Shown in pieces: positions 27,404 through 32,000 of a DNA stretch of 32,000 nucleotides. The notes beneath the pieces are model-generated. The model searched no databases and was not told the DNA's origin. It saw nothing but the letters and a program-made list of their open reading frames with translations. Position numbers and translations under genes: made by a program. Each line of letters starts with the position of its first letter. The first letter of the stretch is position 1. The DNA is from Acaryochloris marina S15 (GTDB lineage: Bacteria > Cyanobacteriota > Cyanobacteriia > Thermosynechococcales > Thermosynechococcaceae), in the NCBI RefSeq assembly GCF_018336915.1, contig NZ_CP064923.1, positions 2,460,001-2,492,000 of the forward strand, written 5' to 3'.

Positions 27404-28684
27404 TCAAGAAGAACTAGCCGCTTCAGCTTGTTGTTCCGCTCGCAATACATCTTTAGCAGAATATCCTTCGCCAGCAACTCCAATAAACCAAAGGGTAGCG
27501 GCTGCTTCAGCTCTGGTTACAGGCTTTTTAGGTTGAAGCAAAAGTGCTGATCCCAGCAGTCTACGAATATTGGCAAGCTCACCGTTATTATGATCGGCAA
27601 AAATTGCTGAGAGCGCGGGAGATGAAATCTGCTTAGTATCCTTGAAGCCCCACACCTCCTGCACTTTTGTAGTTGTGGTTGAAGGTAAGATTTTGCGCAG
27701 ATCAATCGGCACTTTCCAGCTCAACAGAATTTCGCGAGTAAGGGGTTTATTCGCTTGGAACGTAGCTTGGTCAGCATCCCCTGAGAGAGGACTCGGAATA
27801 AAGCCCGCTTCCGCTAAGCCTTGAATATAAGGAAAATTGGGGTTTGAGCTCGGAACGTCTTTAAACACAGGGGTTTGACTCGTTGCGGCTAAGCGAATTT
27901 GCTGTGTAGGACGATCTTGATATAACCGATTATTGGTTTCTACTAACCAGCGCGCAAAAGTCCCCCGCTGGATAGGCTGATTGGGATTGCCTAGATCAAT
28001 AACTTTAAGTCTTTGAACATCATTGACATAGGTTTTGAGTGCTGTTGGCACCTCCGCAGAATTCTGGCTGGTTTCATCCTTTGATGGCTCAGATGCCTGA
28101 TTAGCAACTGGCCCAATAAAATCCAAATCTCCAGGCTGGGGTAGAGACTTGGTCGGTGATTCGGAACTCGATGACGACTTCCCTTGGGAATAGTCGATGA
28201 AAAAGACCGTCATGGGGATGCGACGTCCACCATTATTTCCTGTTTGTATAGGAACTAAGGTCCCTGTGGCAGGGATAGTAACTCTAACCTGAAGTCGATC
28301 TCGCTTAGCAAGCAAAATTAGCTGCTGCTGACTTAATTTCCGACCTGAAAGCTGCCAGCTCCCTTTTTGCAATAACTCACTGTAATATTGCTGCACTTTC
28401 TGGCTGTTATCGGGAGTCGCCCATCGAGTTTGCTGAGTTGAACGTTGGCTTTTCGAGTCAGAAGGCAAGTTGCTCTGATTTTGTTGCACCCCCTGTAAAT
28501 TGGCATTGGGATAGCTCAAATCAGTAGGGAAATCCTTGGGTAAAGCTGAAGGACTACTCCACTGACTAGCCTGTGGATCGGCAGAAAAAGCCTGTTGCAC
28601 TGCGTCTCCGCTACACCCTGCCATTGGTAAGAAGACTGTGAGGGCCAAACCCACTCTGAAGCTGATTTTAGGAGGTCGCATCAA
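27404..28684 (-). CDS. Lipoprotein with C-terminal SLH (S-layer homology)-like repeats
   Basis: 426 aa. Lipobox LPMAGC. Three SLH-like segments (YVNDVQ...FARWLVE; FKDVPSSNPNFPYIQGLAEAGFI; FKDTKQIS...VTRAEAAATLW). Confidence 0.72.
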   Translation of the reverse strand: MMRPPKISFRVGLALTVFLPMAGCSGDAVQQAFSADPQASQWSSPSALPKDFPTDLSYPNANLQGVQQNQSNLPSDSKSQRSTQQTRWATPDNSQKVQQYYSELLQKGSWQLSGRKLSQQQLILLAKRDRLQVRVTIPATGTLVPIQTGNNGGRRIPMTVFFIDYSQGKSSSSSESPTKSLPQPGDLDFIGPVANQASEPSKDETSQNSAEVPTALKTYVNDVQRLKVIDLGNPNQPIQRGTFARWLVETNNRLYQDRPTQQIRLAATSQTPVFKDVPSSNPNFPYIQGLAEAGFIPSPLSGDADQATFQANKPLTREILLSWKVPIDLRKILPSTTTTKVQEVWGFKDTKQISSPALSAIFADHNNGELANIRRLLGSALLLQPKKPVTRAEAAATLWFIGVAGEGYSAKDVLRAEQQAEAASSS

Positions 28685-28750
28685 TTCATCTATTCCCTAC
28701 ACGCCCAACTTTACTCTAGCGTTCTTAGTAACGAGCTATATGAGTCTCGT

Positions 28751-29635
28751 TCAGGGTGAGGGTTTAGGACAAGTTGTATTTTTTTTGCCATTGGGCATGG
28801 TTGCTTGGCAGAAATTTACATTATTGAGTCCTGCCTTAGGTAATTTTGCCCCTCTTAAGTTCGCACCGCTGAAGTTAGCGCCATCAATGCGGGTTTCAGA
28901 TAAGTTGGCATTGATGAGATTTGCCTGACTGAAGTTAGCATCCCGCAGTTTAGCTTGTAGTAACTCTGCTTGAGCCAAATTGGCTTTCGTAAAATTAGTT
29001 TCCCTGAGATCTGCTTGTGTTAGATTTGCTCCCACTAAATTTGCACGGGCGAAATTTGCTGATTTAACAAAGGCCTGCTGTAGATTCACCCTTCTTAAAT
29101 CGGCATCTTGGAAACGGGCATTTTCTAGCAGTGCTGACTCAAGATTGGCCGATCGGAGATTGGCTTGTCTCAATATGGCTTGAGTCAGCGTTGCCTCTTT
29201 CAGTACAGCTTCTTCTAAGACAGCACTATGCAGAAAAGCTCTAGAAAGGTTGGCTTTGCTGAGTTGGGCATTACTAAAATTGACTTTTTCTAAATTAACG
29301 CCAATCGCAGGAGCTTGTTCCGCTTGGAAGAATTCATCTTTTTGGGGTTGCCGATATAGGACCAGCTCAGCCCCTTCTAGATTAATGCCTCTTAAATTGC
29401 AGTTAGCACAACTTCCTGTCCATCGAATGCGTTCAATAATTTCTTCAGAACTGGGAGCAATGATGGATAGACCGGCTGATTCGTCCACAGGGACAGTCGG
29501 TACATTGGTAGAAGATTCAGGGAGAGGAGAAGAAACGGTTGTGGGTGAAAGGCTTTGTGGAGATGGTTTAGAACTATTTCCTAGCCAAGTTAACAGTCCA
29601 ACAAAGAGCACTGCTGCAATAATTCCCGTTCTCAT
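28751..29635 (-). CDS. Secreted pentapeptide-repeat protein
   Basis: 294 aa. Signal/TM MRTGIIAAVLFVGLLTWL. More than 30 consecutive A(D/N)LXX units (ANLSRAFLHSAVLEEAVLKEATLTQAILRQANLRSANLESALLENARFQDADL...). Confidence 0.9.
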   Translation of the reverse strand: MRTGIIAAVLFVGLLTWLGNSSKPSPQSLSPTTVSSPLPESSTNVPTVPVDESAGLSIIAPSSEEIIERIRWTGSCANCNLRGINLEGAELVLYRQPQKDEFFQAEQAPAIGVNLEKVNFSNAQLSKANLSRAFLHSAVLEEAVLKEATLTQAILRQANLRSANLESALLENARFQDADLRRVNLQQAFVKSANFARANLVGANLTQADLRETNFTKANLAQAELLQAKLRDANFSQANLINANLSETRIDGANFSGANLRGAKLPKAGLNNVNFCQATMPNGKKNTTCPKPSP

Positions 29636-30283
29636 GGTGTCCGCATAATTTGGCGATGCCTCTCACTCTATCCTTTTCGAGGTGTGTTGGAGTCAGAGAG
29701 TGAACATTGAATGCTACTTACTTAAAGTACAACAGTACGATTCGCCAATACTAGGAGAATATCGGATCTGAAGGAGTACAGAATGGCTTTCTTGATGATT
29801 TATAAGAGAAATTGCCTAGTAGAAGGGTGGATTCAAAGTCTTGATGTCATTTTTAATTTTTATTGATAGTGAAGAGAAAGATTATTTTGCTGTCGTTAAA
29901 TATTAATTGTAAATATAGATGATAATTGTTGAAAGCCATTTTTCTTTTGCGTAATGTAACCTAGGTTACTCGGAAGATGAAGGTCTATGTGTAATATGGC
30001 AACGTCAGGTCGAGAAATTACTAAGACAGTTAAAAGTACAACAATGTAGTGTGTTTTACATAACCAGATTTCCTCTCACTAATTAGATTTATTTGTATGT
30101 TATTACACAGTTTTGCTTGAACTATTGAATTAGCTTACTTGTGTCAATGCAGATGCCTCTTAGTCATTAAAGAAAGACTACATCTTTCGATAATTATTCG
30201 AAATTCTTAAGACAGAATCATTACTTGTCTCAGATAATCTTGTTTCTATCTAAGCGTGTGCTAAGTGGTTGGCAATCTCCTTT

Positions 30284-31513
30284 ATGTTGAATCCCTCTTT
30301 GACTATTCTTTATCAGATTGATCCCCTCGATATCAGCATCGGTGGTATCCAGACAACCATTCTGAATTTTATTAAGTATGCGCCTCAAGATTTCGATATT
30401 CGATTGGTAGGGATCTCATCTAGAAAAGAGTGCGAAATTGGTCGCTGGCAGAGTGTTTTAGTGTTTGACAGGCAGATACAGTATCTTCCTCTACTTTATG
30501 TTAAAGATGATAATGTGAGAGGTCTTATACCCACTACGCTGAAATTTCTTCTAGCGTTGTTTGGAAAAGAGTTAGACTCTGACTTTCTGCATTTTCATAG
30601 AATTGAACCTTCCTTAGTATCTATGAATTGGCATGGAGAAAAGACATTGTTTATTCATGCAGACATAAAAAAGCAAGTTAATGGTCAGGGAGATAATAAA
30701 GCTTTTTTATGGAGATATTTTCCTTCGGCATACTTCTTTTTTGAAAATTTTCTAATTAAGCAATTCTCTTATGTGCTGTCATGTAACTCAGAATCACTTC
30801 AGTATTTTCGGGAAACTTACTGCTCTACCGAAGATCGGTATCAGTTGATCCGAAATACTGTAGATGATGAAATCTTTTTCCCACTATCTACTCCACTGAA
30901 AGACCAGAAGCGTCTGCAGCTAATAGCGGAAATGGGGTTGTCACTGGGAACACGTTTCATGGCCTATGTGGGGCGATTGCATCCTCAAAAGGATCCATTG
31001 TTATTAGTTAGATCAATCGCAGAACTCGATGATGCCAATATTCATCTACTTATGATTGGAGAAGGTGAATTAAAAGAAGATATTGAGTCAGAAATCAAAT
31101 ATTTAGGGCTAGATAGTCAAATAACTTTGTTGGGAGCTATGAATTCGCGAGAAATCGCAGATATTCTTAGAGTCAGTGAACTTTTAGCCCTAACCAGTAT
31201 CTATGAAGGTCTACCTATGGTCGTATTGGAGGCCCTCTCCTGTGGAATTCCAGTCGTTTCCACAGATTCAGGTGAAACCTCTAAACTTTTGACGGAGAAC
31301 ACAGGAGTTGTAATTCCAACTAGAACACCTGAATCTACCGCTGATTCTCTCAGGACTGTGTTGAGAAACTCTCAAAGTTTTCCTAGCAAAGCTTGTGCCC
31401 AATCATCTAGTCCCTACTGGGCTAGGTGGGTTGTTTCTGAAGTCTATAACGAAATGCGAGAACGATGGAAAAACAAACAGCAATTATTAGAGAAAACTTT
31501 CTCGACAGTGTAA
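30284..31513 (+). CDS. GT-B fold glycosyltransferase (family 4-like)
   Basis: The track start is TTG 30269 and ATG 30284 is an alternative. C-terminal half has ...VGRLHPQKD..., EGLPMVVLEALSCGIPVVSTDSGE (EX7E motif). AT-rich codon usage. Confidence 0.85.
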   Translation: MLNPSLTILYQIDPLDISIGGIQTTILNFIKYAPQDFDIRLVGISSRKECEIGRWQSVLVFDRQIQYLPLLYVKDDNVRGLIPTTLKFLLALFGKELDSDFLHFHRIEPSLVSMNWHGEKTLFIHADIKKQVNGQGDNKAFLWRYFPSAYFFFENFLIKQFSYVLSCNSESLQYFRETYCSTEDRYQLIRNTVDDEIFFPLSTPLKDQKRLQLIAEMGLSLGTRFMAYVGRLHPQKDPLLLVRSIAELDDANIHLLMIGEGELKEDIESEIKYLGLDSQITLLGAMNSREIADILRVSELLALTSIYEGLPMVVLEALSCGIPVVSTDSGETSKLLTENTGVVIPTRTPESTADSLRTVLRNSQSFPSKACAQSSSPYWARWVVSEVYNEMRERWKNKQQLLEKTFSTV

Positions 31514-31565
31514 TTTTCGATAGCTTTGTCTCGGATGAATCTGGGCGTCATTACTTCGAAGCTGC

Positions 31566-31618
31566 GAGAACAGCCCCCGACGCCAATCTGAGACTGCTCT
31601 CTTAACTCCCAAGTACTT
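31566..31618. repeat. Direct repeat copy 1
   Basis: CTGCGagaacaGCCCCCGACGCCAATCTGAGACTGCTCtcttaaCTCCCAAGTACTT. Begins 53 nt after the glycosyltransferase stop. Confidence 0.85.
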
Positions 31619-31808
31619 ATATAGGAGCCTGATCCCATGCTAGCAGCAATTTTCAGTGATATTAGTCAATTCAGATCTAACCCATTAGATAGCTTGAGCT
31701 AAAAAGCAATGTTGAATTCAAGTTGAATGCCATGAAAAACTATATTTCCAAGTTTGTAATGTTGCTTTAATTTGAATATCTCTTAACACTCAAACGATTT
31801 AGTTTTAT

Positions 31809-31853
31809 CTGCGGTCCCCGACGCCAATCTGAGTCCGCTCAACCCAAGTACTT
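31809..31853. repeat. Direct repeat copy 2
   Basis: CTGCGGTCCCCGACGCCAATCTGAGTCCGCTCAACCCAAGTACTT. Shares an identical 18-mer (CCCCGACGCCAATCTGAG) and the 11-mer CCCAAGTACTT with copy 1. Ends 24 nt before the next glycosyltransferase ATG. Confidence 0.85.
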
Positions 31854-31876
31854 GATGTCATGAATAAGGTTGCCAA

Positions 31877-32000
31877 ATGAAAGTTGCCGTTATTGGACCA
31901 AAGGGTCTACCTGCAAAGCAAGGTGGAATAGAACATCACTGTTCAGAGGTTTATCCTCGGATGGTTGCCCAAGGAAATTCTGTTGTTCTGTTTGCCAGAT
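31877..32000 (+). CDS. Glycosyltransferase (DUF1972/GT4-type N-terminus), 3' end cut by window edge
   Basis: Not in the ORF track. My translation from ATG 31877 gives MKVAVIGPKGLPAKQGGIEHHCSEVYPRMVAQGNSVVLFAR, resembling the IGTRGIPAxYGGFE N-terminus of DUF1972-type GT4 enzymes. Confidence 0.65.
   Translation, partial: MKVAVIGPKGLPAKQGGIEHHCSEVYPRMVAQGNSVVLFAR

Noticed and set aside
28638-29648. Three plus-strand ORFs (28638..28928, 28980..29183, 29250..29648) antisense to the pentapeptide-repeat gene
   Set aside because: They tile the opposite strand of a highly repetitive A(D/N)LXX-coding gene. Their low-complexity products (FAPLKFAPLKLAP...) are the mirror image of that repeat, so they are an artefact of repeat periodicity.
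1-32000. Search for tRNA, rRNA, tmRNA, SRP/RNase P RNA, CRISPR repeats, transposase or integrase genes and retron/DGR-type reverse transcriptases
   Set aside because: I saw none on either strand by eye. Intergenic regions are mostly under 400 bp and lack cloverleaf-like or regularly spaced repeat structure. Only a tRNAscan / Infernal run would be definitive.

Overview
This window looks like a chromosomal segment of a cyanobacterium. Support: I count 12 perfect HIP1 octamers (GCGATCGC), and it encodes a GlpX-type dual FBP/SBPase next to hemA plus DUF1997-like, AMIN, SLH and pentapeptide-repeat proteins. The species cannot be fixed from the sequence. I call about 30 protein genes and saw no rRNA, tRNA, CRISPR array, transposase or integrase. 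Two genes cut by the window edges are missing from the ORF track: hemA (1-1133, minus) and a second glycosyltransferase (31877-32000, plus). Several ORF-track starts are non-ATG 5' over-extensions, which I re-set: kinase, gyrA-like, LapA-like, SpoIID-like, cobU. Gene order:
- glpX-hemA, carboxylesterase, Ser/Thr kinase
- a monomeric-type isocitrate dehydrogenase facing a divergent IDH-like gene
- a minus-strand run of spoIID-like, gmd, hydrolase and an ABC-2 transporter
- DUF1997-like, a secreted protein, an AMIN/phosphodiester glycosidase, a cupin PMI and a HesB/IscA protein
- TPR, cobU, a Cys-rich hypothetical, LapA-like and a gyrA-like gene
- a SUKH (SMI1/KNR4) immunity-type gene, then a translationally coupled HAD phosphatase and HisC-like aminotransferase
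- an SLH lipoprotein and a pentapeptide protein
- a visibly AT-rich, HIP1-free glycosyltransferase region
Most worth a second look:
1. The 348-aa IDH3-like protein appears to have lost its catalytic Lys, one metal Asp and its nucleotide-binding motifs, yet sits head-to-head with the monomeric IDH. It may be a regulatory pseudoenzyme.
2. The motif GTGA-N4-GATCAC (CRP-family-like) occurs three times, each time in an intergenic region.
3. The HAD and aminotransferase genes overlap by ATGA.
4. An orphan SUKH gene lies in an AT-rich islet.
5. A roughly 45-bp direct repeat flanks the spacer between the two glycosyltransferase genes.
All homology calls come from by-eye motif recognition, and no searches were run.
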